A stretch of 64,000 bases of DNA from an uncultured Acidimicrobiales bacterium (GTDB lineage: Bacteria > Actinomycetota > Acidimicrobiia > Acidimicrobiales > SZUA-35), in NCBI GenBank assembly GCA_937981915.1, contig CALJMD010000211.1, positions 156 to 64,155 of the forward strand, read 5' to 3'. This document shows positions 29,756-39,685 of this stretch, in pieces. The notes under the pieces were generated by a model, which saw nothing but the letters and a program-made list of their open reading frames with translations, searched no databases and was not told the DNA's origin. Position 1 is the first letter of the stretch; each line of letters opens with the position of its first letter. The translations under genes were made by a program, and so were the position numbers.

Positions 29756-30618
29756 AGCTCGGCGAGGGCGTCGATTCGCAGATCGAGGGAAGGACGTTCC
29801 CCAGGCTTGTCGTCATTGGACGAATTGGGATCAACGATCCACAGCGATGCAAGATCGGATTCTGTGGCAGGCCTTGAGCCGACCTCTTTGATGCGTTCCA
29901 GAGCCGTTCGAAGCCCCGGCGGATAGCGAGTCAACAGCACAGCCCGATAGTCAGCGACGATGTCATCGTTCTCTCGGTCTATCTCAGACGGACCGATTCG
30001 ACGTGCCCAACCTCCGGCGGCTTTAACCACAGAGGCCAAGCCGGGAACAGGGACAAGCGGAACATCACTGAGCGCGACATCGATCGTGTCCCGCTCCGCT
30101 TCGCCATTGCGAAGTCGGACCATTAGTTCGGCCACAACGCCTTCAAGTGACACTAGATCAAGGCAATCGACCAGGCCGGTCGTAAGGACAAGCGTGTGTT
30201 CAAGGTCTCGCGAGACCGCCATGGCGTTGGCTGCGGCGTCTTCGATGATGTGAATCGAAGGGCTGCTAACGCCTGCCGTGAGCCGCAACCCGTCGACCAA
30301 ATTGTCGATGCGGTCGTACCGTCGGGCATCCGGCGGCAACTGGGCCAGAACCGTCTCGGCAGCCGAATTCATCCGCCGAACTACCAAGAACACGCCGAGA
30401 CCGATCCCGACGAGCAGACCCAACACAATGGCAAGCAACCAGCCGAGCAGACCGGTCACTGCCAACAGCACGGCGACAACCAGAGCAACGGGTAGGGCGA
30501 TAGCCGCCACCAGCACCGCCAGCGTCTGGGGCTTCCAGGGGCGGTTCTCAACCGTTGACGAGTCGGTTGACTCGATTGTGCCGGGATCGGACATGGCGAC
30601 CATCGTAGGCTCGATCAC
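29752..30618 (-). CDS. HtpX/M48-like membrane protein with degenerate active site (putative pseudopeptidase)
   Basis: Two TM helices, then IHIIEDAAANAMAVSRDLEHTLVLTTGLVDCLDLVSLEGVVAELMVRLRNGE. This follows the M48 pattern (NAFA ... GL ... E ... HExxH), but HExxH reads AELMV (30118..30132). 4-nt overlap with the downstream DUF3048 gene. Confidence 0.55.
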   Translation of the reverse strand: MIEPTMVAMSDPGTIESTDSSTVENRPWKPQTLAVLVAAIALPVALVVAVLLAVTGLLGWLLAIVLGLLVGIGLGVFLVVRRMNSAAETVLAQLPPDARRYDRIDNLVDGLRLTAGVSSPSIHIIEDAAANAMAVSRDLEHTLVLTTGLVDCLDLVSLEGVVAELMVRLRNGEAERDTIDVALSDVPLVPVPGLASVVKAAGGWARRIGPSEIDRENDDIVADYRAVLLTRYPPGLRTALERIKEVGSRPATESDLASLWIVDPNSSNDDKPGERPSLDLRIDALAEL

Positions 30619-30688
30619 ACCACTTCCAGCGTCAATCGCGGACTCAAAAACGGGCGAAACTACCGGTGAGACGAAACAAGCCAGTCGT

Positions 30689-31789
30689 TCATCGCGCTGA
30701 AGACCCTGCGATGATCCGCTCGTAGCGAGACATGTAGGCTGCCGCCAGCCGATCCATCGAGAACTCTTCGGCCCGCATCACGCCTGCTTCGACCCTGTCG
30801 TCGACGCCGGGGCCCCGCTCCAAGGTCAGCAGAATCGACTTGGCCAAATCGTCGCTGTCCCCGGTACGAAACAGCTCGGCGCACCGACCGTTGTCGGCAA
30901 CGACCCGGTAGGCCGGCAAGTCACTGGCCACCACGGGGGTGCCGGCCGCCATCGCCTCGAGCAGAACGACTCCGAAGCTCTCACCGCCCAACGAGGGAAC
31001 CGCCAGCACGTCGGCATCGATCAGGCGTCGACGCTTCTCCGCCTCATTCAACTGTCCCAGCCAGTCGATTCGTGAATCACCGCCGTACTTCATGCGTAGA
31101 TCGTCGGTTTCAGGACCCTGACCGGCCACCCACAACCTCACATCCGGGGGCAGTAGCGACATAGCCTCCAGCAGGACAGACAAACCCTTACGTGGCTCGT
31201 GCCGACCAAGGAACAAGATGTTCGTTCCGGCCGCCGCTCCGAACCGGTGAGACCCGTCGCTGCGAAACTCCGACGTCTCGATGCCGTTGAACAATACGTC
31301 GTAGTGGCCGTCCAGGTATCGCCGTGCCATTCCCGCCGCCTCCGGCGACACCGCTACCCGTAAATCGAGCCGAGCGGCCAGGCGGCGAACACCAGCCCGG
31401 GCCCACCGATAGGCGGCAATACGCCCGCTGGCGTGAAAGGTTCCAAGCAGGGGAACCGGCTTGACCATCACCGCAGTAAGCGTTGGTCCCGGCGCCAACG
31501 GCTCATGCAGGTGGAGAAGATCAAAGCGTTCATCCCAGATGGCGGCCAGCACCCGCAACTGCGCCGCCGGATCGGGTGCCAGCGGGGCGAACGAACCGTT
31601 TTGGGCGTACGGAATGGAGTTCCCAAGAGGGGTGACCCACGGCTCCGGTGGTGCACCGTCGCACGGGGCCAGCACCTGGGCCTCAACGCCGCTTGAGCGC
31701 AACGATCGAGCAAGTCCCAAGACCTGAGCTTGAACTCCGCCCCACACCCCGAGGCTGTAGGGGCACACAATCCCGACACGCACCGTCAC
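30689..31789 (-). CDS. pimA: phosphatidyl-myo-inositol mannosyltransferase (GT4)
   Basis: VGIVCPYSLGVWGGVQAQVLGLA, LLHLHEPLAPGP, GRHEPRKGLSVLLEAM and LGGESFGVVLLEAMAAGTPVVASDL closely follow M. tuberculosis PimA. Synteny with pgsA1 and the acyltransferase supports the call. Confidence 0.85.
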   Translation of the reverse strand: MTVRVGIVCPYSLGVWGGVQAQVLGLARSLRSSGVEAQVLAPCDGAPPEPWVTPLGNSIPYAQNGSFAPLAPDPAAQLRVLAAIWDERFDLLHLHEPLAPGPTLTAVMVKPVPLLGTFHASGRIAAYRWARAGVRRLAARLDLRVAVSPEAAGMARRYLDGHYDVLFNGIETSEFRSDGSHRFGAAAGTNILFLGRHEPRKGLSVLLEAMSLLPPDVRLWVAGQGPETDDLRMKYGGDSRIDWLGQLNEAEKRRRLIDADVLAVPSLGGESFGVVLLEAMAAGTPVVASDLPAYRVVADNGRCAELFRTGDSDDLAKSILLTLERGPGVDDRVEAGVMRAEEFSMDRLAAAYMSRYERIIAGSSAR

Positions 31790-31831
31790 AACTGTACCTC
31801 GGCGGCCACGCAGCGTAGTTTCGGCGGAAGG

Positions 31832-32710
31832 TCAGCCCGATGGCGTCGTCTCGTCGTCAATCCAGTTTGGACCCAACAGATGCCACTGCTCGGGGGCCTT
31901 AGCAATCATCAACTCCAACTCGGTAGCCAAGCGGCGGGTTAGGGCCTCATAGCGCCTCCGACCCCGCGGATGCTCCTCGAACTCTCCGGGCCAGATCGGC
32001 TCGCCCACTAGGCACAATCGTTGGTCCCCCCAGAAATACACTGCGGTTGGCAACAACGGCGCTTTGGTACGGCACGACAACACGGCAGGACCGATCGGCA
32101 CCCGAGCCTCGTCACCAAAGAAGTCGACCACTACGCCTGTGCCAGCAATGTCACGATCGGACAACAAACAGACAATCTCTGTCTTGTGAACCGCATCAAT
32201 CGTGGTGGCGAACGCTGAACGGTCGAGCGGGACCACTTGCACCCCCAGCTCACTGCGAAGATCGACGAACCAATCAAACACCTCGGCTGGCTCAAGCCGC
32301 TCAGCCACTGCGGTCACCGGAGCCTGAGCAATTCGTCCAAGCCACGCCGCTGCCCACTCCCATCCGCCCACGTGAGGCAAGACCAGCAACGGACCCACGC
32401 CGGTAGCACGCACATCCTCGATCCGGTCGTAGCCGACGAACGAAAAACCCCGGTCGACTACAACATCGGAAAACCCGCCAAGGCCAAACGATTCCACCCA
32501 GTACCGGGCGTAAGAACCGAGGCCACGATCAGCGTCAAGCCCGGTGCCTACCCGATCCAGATGGCGCTGGAGCATTTGAGCCTGGCTGGACAGTAGCCGC
32601 GGGCCAACCACTCTGCCCGCTGCTTCAGCAGCCGGAACCGTCAACGACAGCGGCAAACGGCGACATGCAGCCGACGCCGCCTTCAAGATCACCAGCGGAC
32701 GCGAGACCAA
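31832..32710 (-). CDS. lipid A biosynthesis-type lauroyl/PIM acyltransferase (Rv2611c-like)
   Basis: LpxL/HtrB-type acyltransferase. LPHVGGWEWAA corresponds to the H-x4-D/E motif. Lies between pgsA1 and pimA. Confidence 0.75.
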   Translation of the reverse strand: MVSRPLVILKAASAACRRLPLSLTVPAAEAAGRVVGPRLLSSQAQMLQRHLDRVGTGLDADRGLGSYARYWVESFGLGGFSDVVVDRGFSFVGYDRIEDVRATGVGPLLVLPHVGGWEWAAAWLGRIAQAPVTAVAERLEPAEVFDWFVDLRSELGVQVVPLDRSAFATTIDAVHKTEIVCLLSDRDIAGTGVVVDFFGDEARVPIGPAVLSCRTKAPLLPTAVYFWGDQRLCLVGEPIWPGEFEEHPRGRRRYEALTRRLATELELMIAKAPEQWHLLGPNWIDDETTPSG

Positions 32711-32748
32711 GTCCTACCTCACAAACCCAGGTCGTTCGGGCCGATGAA

Positions 32749-33381
32749 TCAGCCCTCAGCGCCGGTGGCAGGCCTAGCCGCGCCGTCCGACGACGGTTGC
32801 GGCCGCTCGGCCTGACGCCACACCTTGACAAATCGGGCCGCCGCGGTGAGCACCGTCAAGACGAACATCACCCACAAGGTCGCCACAAACAGCGAGGAAA
32901 ACACCAATCCGAATCCAAGGGCGATGAAGCGCTCCCCGCGTTCCATCAAACCGCCCTTGGCTTGAAAGCCCAGCGACTCGGCCTTGGCCCGTTGATAGGA
33001 GACAAGCGACGCCGCGATGTACAGGCCAAAAGGCAGCATCGCCAATGTCGGCGTCTCAGACTGAGCGAGATTCCATCCGGCCCCGGCGAACAAAAGCCCA
33101 TCGCTGACCCGGTCGGAGACCGAGTCCAGGTAGGCACCACGGATACTTGTCCGGCCGCCGGCCTTCGCCACGGCTCCGTCCAAGGCATCGGGCAGGCCGG
33201 TCAAGATCAACAACACAAAGGCCAGCAGGTAGCGCTCGGTGCCAATGGCGACGGCACAGGCACCGGCCATCATTACACCGACAGCCGTTATCGCATCCGG
33301 TGACACACCAGCGCGTTCAAGTCCGCGGCCGACCGGTGCCACCAGCTTTTCAAAGCCAGTGCGAAAACTGCCGTCGATCAC
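32749..33381 (-). CDS. pgsA1: CDP-alcohol phosphatidyltransferase (phosphatidylinositol phosphate synthase-like)
   Basis: DALDGAVAKAGGRTSIRGAYLDSVSDRVSD matches D-G-x2-A-R-x8-G-x3-D-x3-D. Multi-TM protein. Synteny with HIT, acyltransferase and pimA. Confidence 0.85.
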   Translation of the reverse strand: MIDGSFRTGFEKLVAPVGRGLERAGVSPDAITAVGVMMAGACAVAIGTERYLLAFVLLILTGLPDALDGAVAKAGGRTSIRGAYLDSVSDRVSDGLLFAGAGWNLAQSETPTLAMLPFGLYIAASLVSYQRAKAESLGFQAKGGLMERGERFIALGFGLVFSSLFVATLWVMFVLTVLTAAARFVKVWRQAERPQPSSDGAARPATGAEG

Positions 33382-33986
33382 TGACTTGGTCCACTCACGT
33401 CCGACTCGGAGTCTGCATCCGCATCGGTAGTTGGCTCCGATCCCGTTCCTGATGACGTTCGGATATCAGACAACTCCGACCAGTCTTCCGGGTTGTCCTC
33501 AACGAACGAGTCGAGAACCTCACCATCGGTCCCGTCGACCAGCACGAAACCTCTCTTAGTTGGCGGTTCGTCAGCCGAGTACAGCAAGATTCTCCAGGTC
33601 GGCCTGCTGGCCAAACCCCTCCAACCCATCTGGGCCGAAGCGTGGCCGACGGAAAACCCGACTGCGCCGGTGGCAGCGACCAGGGCATCACGCTCGTCTA
33701 CTGCCAGATCCCACCCGCTCACGAAGCTGTACACACCGAACAGGGCGAGAAGCCCCGCGGCCCACAGCAAACCACTGCTCACGAACGGGCTGTCGTTGAA
33801 GACGACAAAGGCGGCCGCCACTATGGCCGCAACACCCAGATACAAGTAGGCGGGGATCCGCCGACGGTTGTTGTTGGGAAAAATGTATTCGTCGTGATCG
33901 GCCAGATCGGGTTGCAGGTCGTCGGGGAGGACGTCCCCACCTGTCCCTGAGCTGGTTGATTCCTCAGCTACCAATGGACTCACCAT
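33378..33986 (-). CDS. hypothetical two-TM membrane protein
   Basis: ATG 33986 (MVSPLVAEES) overlaps the HIT gene end by 23 nt, and its own end overlaps the pgsA1 start by 4 nt. Two TM helices (IPAYLYLGVAAIVAAAFVVF, LLWAAGLLALFGVYSFV) followed by a soluble domain with an acidic tail. Confidence 0.5.
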   Translation of the reverse strand: MVSPLVAEESTSSGTGGDVLPDDLQPDLADHDEYIFPNNNRRRIPAYLYLGVAAIVAAAFVVFNDSPFVSSGLLWAAGLLALFGVYSFVSGWDLAVDERDALVAATGAVGFSVGHASAQMGWRGLASRPTWRILLYSADEPPTKRGFVLVDGTDGEVLDSFVEDNPEDWSELSDIRTSSGTGSEPTTDADADSESDVSGPSQ

Positions 33987-34506
33987 CCTGTTGCGGCCAA
34001 GCCTCTTTGAGCCGCCGCCAGCACTCTGCCAGAGTAACGGGCAGCACACGGGCTTCGGCTATCGAGGTCATGAAATTCGTGTCAGAGGACCAACGGGGAA
34101 CGATGTGAACGTGAAGATGGTCGGGCTGCGAACCGCCTCCGGCCGCCCCTTCGTTGACACCGATGTTCAGCCCATCCGGGCTGAACGCCTGATTCACAGC
34201 GATGGCGCCGACTCGGACCATATTCCATAGGTCCTGATAGCTCTCAGCATCCAAGTCCAACATGCTTGGCGCCGCCCGGCGCGGCAACACCATGAGGTGA
34301 CCGGTCGTATACGGATAGACGTTCAATACAACAAAGCTCAGCTGGGAACGAGCCACAATGTAGGTTTCGGCATCATCGAAGCCCGACTGTTCAATGGTCT
34401 CGAATAACGTCTTGCCATCAGCCGGAGCAAGCGAACGGTAGGGCTGGCCATCGCCACCACGATCAGGTCCGACGCCGAGACGCCACCCGGCAAAAAGGTA
34501 ATCCAC
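33964..34506 (-). CDS. HIT family protein (Ap4A phosphorylase-like, Rv2613c-type)
   Basis: Histidine triad HLHVHIVPRW. VLNVYPYTTGHLMVLP as in the Rv2613c family. Lies 23 nt downstream of thrS. Confidence 0.85.
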   Translation of the reverse strand: MDYLFAGWRLGVGPDRGGDGQPYRSLAPADGKTLFETIEQSGFDDAETYIVARSQLSFVVLNVYPYTTGHLMVLPRRAAPSMLDLDAESYQDLWNMVRVGAIAVNQAFSPDGLNIGVNEGAAGGGSQPDHLHVHIVPRWSSDTNFMTSIAEARVLPVTLAECWRRLKEAWPQQDGESIGS

Positions 34507-34529
34507 TTCGCTCGTTTCTCGAAGCTCGA

Positions 34530-36518
34530 TCAGCCCGTCGGGCTTGAAGACGAAGAGACGGCCCGGTCACCCATCTCACGTTCGAGCCGAGCGAGAAAGT
34601 CGTCGACCGGAACATCGCGTTCAACCTCTCCCCCGCGGGGGTTGACTCCCACGGTTTTGGCTGACGCGTCGTCGCTTCCAACGACAAGAACATACGGGAT
34701 CTTCTGCGTCTTAGCCCTACGGATCCGCTTGCCCAAAGGATCGGAAGGCTCAGCCAGTTCACAGCGGAAGCCGGCCGCCTTGAGTCGGTCGAAGATCTCA
34801 CTGCCATAGCTCGCATGTTCCTCGGCCACCGGCAAGATCTCGACTTGGACAGGCGCCAACCAGAGCGGAAAGTTCCCGGCATAGTGCTCGATCAGCACGC
34901 CAAAGAACCGCTCCAGCGAACCCATCAAAGCGCGATGCAACATCACCGGCCGCTTGCGGGAACCGTCGGATGCAACGTATTCGAGATCGAAACGCTCGGG
35001 TAGGGCAAAGTCGGCCTGGATGGTCGACAACTGCCACGACCGGCCAATTGCGTCACGCACGTCGACATCAATCTTCGGACCGTAGAACGCACCACCGCCT
35101 TCGTCGACCTCGTAGGGCAGCTCGGCGGTCTCCAACGCGGCGACCAGGCAGTCGGTTGCCAGCTTCCAGATCTCGTCGGAGCCGACCGATTTCTCCGCTG
35201 GCCTGGTCGACAACTTGGCCGTAAAGTCGTCGAACCCATACGAGCGGAGCACATCAAGCACAAAGTTGAGAAGGTCTGCCAGCTCGTCGGCCAGGCCCTC
35301 CTGATCGACGAAGATGTGCGCGTCGTCTTGAGTAAATCCTCGGATGCGCATTAGGCCGTGAAGCGTTCCGGCCCGTTCATAGCGGTACACGGTGCCGAGC
35401 TCAAACAAGCGGAGTGGCAGCTCGCGGTACGAACGCTGCTGGCTGCGGTAGACCAGCACGTGCATCGGGCAGTTCATCGGCTTCGGGTAATACGTGCCGT
35501 TGTCCATCTCCATCGGCGGATACATGCCATCGGCGTAAAAGTCGAGATGGCCCGACGTTTCGAACAGGTTGCCGTTGGCCAGGTGCGGCGTGTAGGCGAA
35601 CGAATAGCCACCGTCTTCGTGACGTCGACGAGAGTCGTCTTCCATCAGCTTGCGGGCGATGGCACCCTTGGGATGCCAGATGGCCAACCCACCACCCAGC
35701 TCAGAGGGGAACGACAGGAGGTCAAGCTCATTGGCCAACTTGCGATGATCCCGCTTGGCTGCCTCTTGAAGTCGCTGCAAGTGCTGTTTCAGCTGTTTCG
35801 ACGTGGCCCATGCCGTGCCGTAGATCCGCTGCAACATCGGCTGCTTCTCATCGCCGCGCCAATAGGCACCCGCCACTGACATCAATTTGAAGTGGCCGAG
35901 GCGTCCGGTTGACGGCACGTGGGGTCCAACGCACATATCGACAAATGACTCGGTGTTGCGATAGAAACTGATCACCTCACCCGACACCTCGGTGCTCAGC
36001 TCCGAGTCAGCCGCCCCGGACGACACCCGCTCGATGATGTCGCGTTTGTAGGGGTGGTCAGCCATGAGCTGCAACGCTTCGGAAGCCGGGACCTCGCTGC
36101 GAACGAACGGCTGATCAGCATCGACGATGTCGCGCATTTTGGCTTCGATCCGCTCGAGATCGTCGTCATTGAACGTCTGGCCGTCAGGGAGTGAGAAGTC
36201 GTAGTAGAACCCATTCTCGATCGGGGGGCCAATAGCGAACGTGGCGCCTGGCCACAGCTCAAGCACCGCTTGAGCCAACACGTGCGCCGTTGAGTGTCGC
36301 AACACGTGCAGTCCTGCCTCGGAGTCGGCGGTGACGATCTCGACCTGGTCGCCATCGACCAACTGGTGGTTCAAGTCCCGCTCGCCACCGTCAACGACAG
36401 CGCTGATTGCCGCCTTGGCCAGTCCGGCACCGATATCGGCAGCCAACCCGGCCACGGTGGTGCCCGGAGCCACGCTTCGTGACGATCCATCGGGCAGTTG
36501 AACAGCGATATCAGCCAT
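34530..36518 (-). CDS. thrS: threonine--tRNA ligase
   Basis: N-terminal TGS domain, editing-domain HSTAHVLAQAV, class II core (YRYERAGTLHGLMRIRGFTQDDAHIF, GGGAFYGPKID) and a C-terminal anticodon-binding domain. Confidence 0.95.
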   Translation of the reverse strand: MADIAVQLPDGSSRSVAPGTTVAGLAADIGAGLAKAAISAVVDGGERDLNHQLVDGDQVEIVTADSEAGLHVLRHSTAHVLAQAVLELWPGATFAIGPPIENGFYYDFSLPDGQTFNDDDLERIEAKMRDIVDADQPFVRSEVPASEALQLMADHPYKRDIIERVSSGAADSELSTEVSGEVISFYRNTESFVDMCVGPHVPSTGRLGHFKLMSVAGAYWRGDEKQPMLQRIYGTAWATSKQLKQHLQRLQEAAKRDHRKLANELDLLSFPSELGGGLAIWHPKGAIARKLMEDDSRRRHEDGGYSFAYTPHLANGNLFETSGHLDFYADGMYPPMEMDNGTYYPKPMNCPMHVLVYRSQQRSYRELPLRLFELGTVYRYERAGTLHGLMRIRGFTQDDAHIFVDQEGLADELADLLNFVLDVLRSYGFDDFTAKLSTRPAEKSVGSDEIWKLATDCLVAALETAELPYEVDEGGGAFYGPKIDVDVRDAIGRSWQLSTIQADFALPERFDLEYVASDGSRKRPVMLHRALMGSLERFFGVLIEHYAGNFPLWLAPVQVEILPVAEEHASYGSEIFDRLKAAGFRCELAEPSDPLGKRIRRAKTQKIPYVLVVGSDDASAKTVGVNPRGGEVERDVPVDDFLARLEREMGDRAVSSSSSPTG

Positions 36519-36589
36519 GGACTCGATTGTATGGAGATGCGTCGGTGTCCGGCGACTGATTTTGTCGTTGACCGAACTACCGCCGGGCC

Positions 36590-37441
36590 TCAGCCAACCG
36601 GCATCGGCTCGCCGAGCAGATCCTCGAGGCTCGACAACGGTCGACTAGCCAAGACACTACTGACGGCTTGTCCATTAGCCTCGGCGGCAACCGCTAGATC
36701 CACCGACTCGGTGTGATCGATGGGACCAGGATCGGCACCGACACCAACGGGTTGCTCGGCCGGTTCGGCCTTGGGCTTAGCGTTGGCATAGGTGTGGACG
36801 TATTCCAGGCCGGTCAACTGACCGATCTCGTACATCACCTCATCGGTAAGTGACCGATAGACACCGTGGTCTCCCACCCGGTCGCGGTAGCGACTGGAGT
36901 CGATCGGTCGCCCGAATCGAATTCGAACGGGCAAACCAAACCGGGGCATGAACGAATCGGGAGGCTGAACGTCAGCGGTACCAAGCAAACCGATCGGAAT
37001 CAGCGGGGCGCCGGTCTCGACCGCCAAACGGGCGGCGCCGGTGCGGCCCTTGTGCAGCTTGCCTGACCGACTACGAGTTCCTTCCGGATAGATCCCGAAA
37101 AGACCGCCGCCGATCAACACCTGACGGGCGGCATCCAGAGCGGCCGCTGCATGATCGCCGCCCCGACGGTCGATGGGGATCATCCCGAGGGCTGGAAACA
37201 GATGTTTGGTCTTCCAGTCATCCAGGTACTCGGCCTTACCGACGTAGATCAAGTCTCGATTCAGGACGGCTGGAACTACAACAGAGTCAATGAATGCCGC
37301 GTGATTCGGACACAGCACAGCAGGACCCGTGGCCGGGATATTTTCGAGGCCTTCGATCTCAAAACGCCACAACCTGCTGACTATTGGCTGTAGGACGCGG
37401 CGGACGGGGCCTTGCAGACGACCGATTCCGGCGGGAATCAT
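36590..37441 (-). CDS. plsC: 1-acyl-sn-glycerol-3-phosphate acyltransferase
   Basis: CPNHAAFIDS (H-x4-D) and GIYPEGTRS acyltransferase motifs. About 80-aa low-complexity C-terminal tail. Confidence 0.8.
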   Translation of the reverse strand: MIPAGIGRLQGPVRRVLQPIVSRLWRFEIEGLENIPATGPAVLCPNHAAFIDSVVVPAVLNRDLIYVGKAEYLDDWKTKHLFPALGMIPIDRRGGDHAAAALDAARQVLIGGGLFGIYPEGTRSRSGKLHKGRTGAARLAVETGAPLIPIGLLGTADVQPPDSFMPRFGLPVRIRFGRPIDSSRYRDRVGDHGVYRSLTDEVMYEIGQLTGLEYVHTYANAKPKAEPAEQPVGVGADPGPIDHTESVDLAVAAEANGQAVSSVLASRPLSSLEDLLGEPMPVG

Positions 37442-37550
37442 GATTGATCATGCTAGCAGTGGCAGCTATGCCTGCGCAGGACCCGCTCCATCATGGCTTC
37501 ACGCATGGGTCGGAAACCGGCGACCAGCTCGACCTATGGCACGATCGTTT

Positions 37551-38732
37551 CTACTTGGATTCGGTGACCGTTGGCGGTGCTGGAGCCGACGGACCTTTGG
37601 CGAGATCAACTCCGAGAAGCAAAGCCGCTTGGTCTACGCCGAGGCCGCGTTCGACCGCGTCGTCAATAGCGGCAACCGCGGTCATCGTGTCGAGATCGTT
37701 GTCGAGTGCTTGACGAACCTCGGTTAACGCACCGTCGCCAGCGCCGGCCGCCAACCATCGCTCGAGCCTGGCCGCGGCGTCCGGCATGAGGTCGTCGTGC
37801 CACTCCCACTCGGTCCGGTAGTGATGAGTAACCACTCCGAGCCGAATAGCTCTCGGGTCGTAGGTCTTGCGCAACTCGCTAACGAAAACCAGGTTGCCCA
37901 ACGACTTGGACATTTTCTCGCCGTCCATCCGAACCATCGCCTGATGCATCCAGTGACGAACGAACGGCTCGCCGGTGGCGGCCGTCGACTGAGCTGCTTC
38001 GCATTCGTGGTGCGGGAAGATGAGGTCGCTGCCACCGCCGTGTAGATCGATGGTGGTGTCCAACTCTCGCAACGCTAATGCAGAGCACTCAATGTGCCAG
38101 CCTGGGCGCCCCATCCCCCACAACGAATCCCATGCCGGTTCGCCATCGGCCGAAGGCTGCCACAGTACAAAGTCGAGGGGGTCTCGTTTGTTCGGATCAT
38201 CGGGGTTGCCACCTCGCTCCGCTGCGAGCTTCAACATGGTGTCTCGGTCATATCCCGAGATGGAACCAAAGTCCGACCAGGAGTTCACGTCGAAGTAGAC
38301 GGCTCCGCCGGACTCGTAGGCATGACCGTTGTCCAGCACCATGCCGATGAACCCGCGGATATCGGCGATGGCCGACGTGGCCCGGGGCTCACTCCACGAC
38401 GGCAACATGTCCAGTGCGATCATGTCGTCGTCGAATCGGGCGGTTTCCGCCGCCGCTAGGTCCAGGTAGTGAACATCAAGCTCTCGTGCCTTGCGCAGAA
38501 TGTCATCGTCGACATCGGTAACGTTGCGCACGCACCTGGTGTCATGACCGGCATCTCGTAGCCGTCGCTGCAGCACGTCATAGGTGATGTACACCGCTGC
38601 GTGCCCCAGATGCGTGGCGTCATAGGGCGTGATGCCACAGGTGTACATCGTGACTACGGGACCCGGCTCAAAAGGCACGACGGCCTTGGACGCGGTGTCA
38701 TACAGCTTCATCGCCAACTTGGCCTCAGGCAT
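37551..38732 (-). CDS. mshC: cysteine:1D-myo-inosityl 2-amino-2-deoxy-alpha-D-glucopyranoside ligase (mycothiol ligase)
   Basis: CysRS-like class I core (CGITPYDATHLGHA, KMSKSLGN) without the long CysRS C-terminal domain. GYDRDTMLKLAAERGGNPDDP and the LDNDLDTMTAVAAID tail follow M. tuberculosis MshC. Confidence 0.85.
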   Translation of the reverse strand: MPEAKLAMKLYDTASKAVVPFEPGPVVTMYTCGITPYDATHLGHAAVYITYDVLQRRLRDAGHDTRCVRNVTDVDDDILRKARELDVHYLDLAAAETARFDDDMIALDMLPSWSEPRATSAIADIRGFIGMVLDNGHAYESGGAVYFDVNSWSDFGSISGYDRDTMLKLAAERGGNPDDPNKRDPLDFVLWQPSADGEPAWDSLWGMGRPGWHIECSALALRELDTTIDLHGGGSDLIFPHHECEAAQSTAATGEPFVRHWMHQAMVRMDGEKMSKSLGNLVFVSELRKTYDPRAIRLGVVTHHYRTEWEWHDDLMPDAAARLERWLAAGAGDGALTEVRQALDNDLDTMTAVAAIDDAVERGLGVDQAALLLGVDLAKGPSAPAPPTVTESK

Positions 38733-38897
38733 AAAGGAACCTCATCAACCTGTGAGGCTAGCTGGTGGGCAGTATCGGTCGGCAATCGGGGCCATCAAAC
38801 GAACAAGCGTGTAACCGTTGGCTGGGTCCTATGGTCAAGAGAACATGAGCAAACACAACGATGAAAGCCCTGCTCACGGAACCTGGTCGAGAGAACG

Positions 38898-39665
38898 GTG
38901 AAAATGCTCGAAGGCAAGAAGATTCTGATTACCGGCGTATTGACCGCCGACTCGCTAGCGTTTGGCGTCGCCAAACTGGCCCAGGAGCAGGGAGCCGAAG
39001 TGCTGCTTACCGGCTTTGGGCGAGGCCTACGCCTCACCCAACGGACAGCTCGCAAGCTAGATCCCGTACCTGAGGTGCTGGAGCTAGACGTCACCGATGC
39101 CGAACAAGGCGCAGCTCTGACGGCTGAATTGACTGAACGTTGGGGTCGCGTCGACGGTGCTCTTCACGCCGTCGGATTCGCCCCGGAGTCCTGTCTGGGC
39201 GACGACTTCATGGCCCCGAACTGGGATGACGTCTCGGTCGCCGTTCACGTTTCGGCATACTCGTTGCGGTCGCTAGCCGACATCGTTACACCTCTCATGA
39301 CCGAGGGTGGATCAGTCGTTGGGCTGACCTTTGACGCCACGGTCTCGTGGCCTGCCTACAACTGGATGGGTGTCGCCAAAGCCGCGCTCGAGTCACTCAA
39401 TCGCTACCTGGCCCGAGAACTGGGCCCTCGCCAAATCCGCTGCAATCTGGTGGCTGCCGGTCCGATGAAGACCATCGCAGCCAAGTCGATTCCCGGTTTC
39501 GCCGCTTTCGAAGACGAGTGGGTCAAGAGGGCGCCCCTAGGTTGGGACGTCACTGACTCCGAGGGGGTCTCCAAGGCCTGCGTCGCCCTGTTATCCGACT
39601 GGTTCCCGCACACGACGGGATCAATCGTTCACGTAGACGGTGGCTATCACAGCATCGGCGCCTGA
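38898..39665 (+). CDS. fabI: enoyl-[acyl-carrier-protein] reductase (NADH), FabI/InhA type
   Basis: KKILITGVLTADSLAFGVAK nucleotide-binding N-terminus and catalytic Tyr/Lys context YNWMGVAKAALE. 255 aa. Confidence 0.9.
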   Translation: MKMLEGKKILITGVLTADSLAFGVAKLAQEQGAEVLLTGFGRGLRLTQRTARKLDPVPEVLELDVTDAEQGAALTAELTERWGRVDGALHAVGFAPESCLGDDFMAPNWDDVSVAVHVSAYSLRSLADIVTPLMTEGGSVVGLTFDATVSWPAYNWMGVAKAALESLNRYLARELGPRQIRCNLVAAGPMKTIAAKSIPGFAAFEDEWVKRAPLGWDVTDSEGVSKACVALLSDWFPHTTGSIVHVDGGYHSIGA

Positions 39666-39685
39666 CCGACACCGCCCGGAACGAA

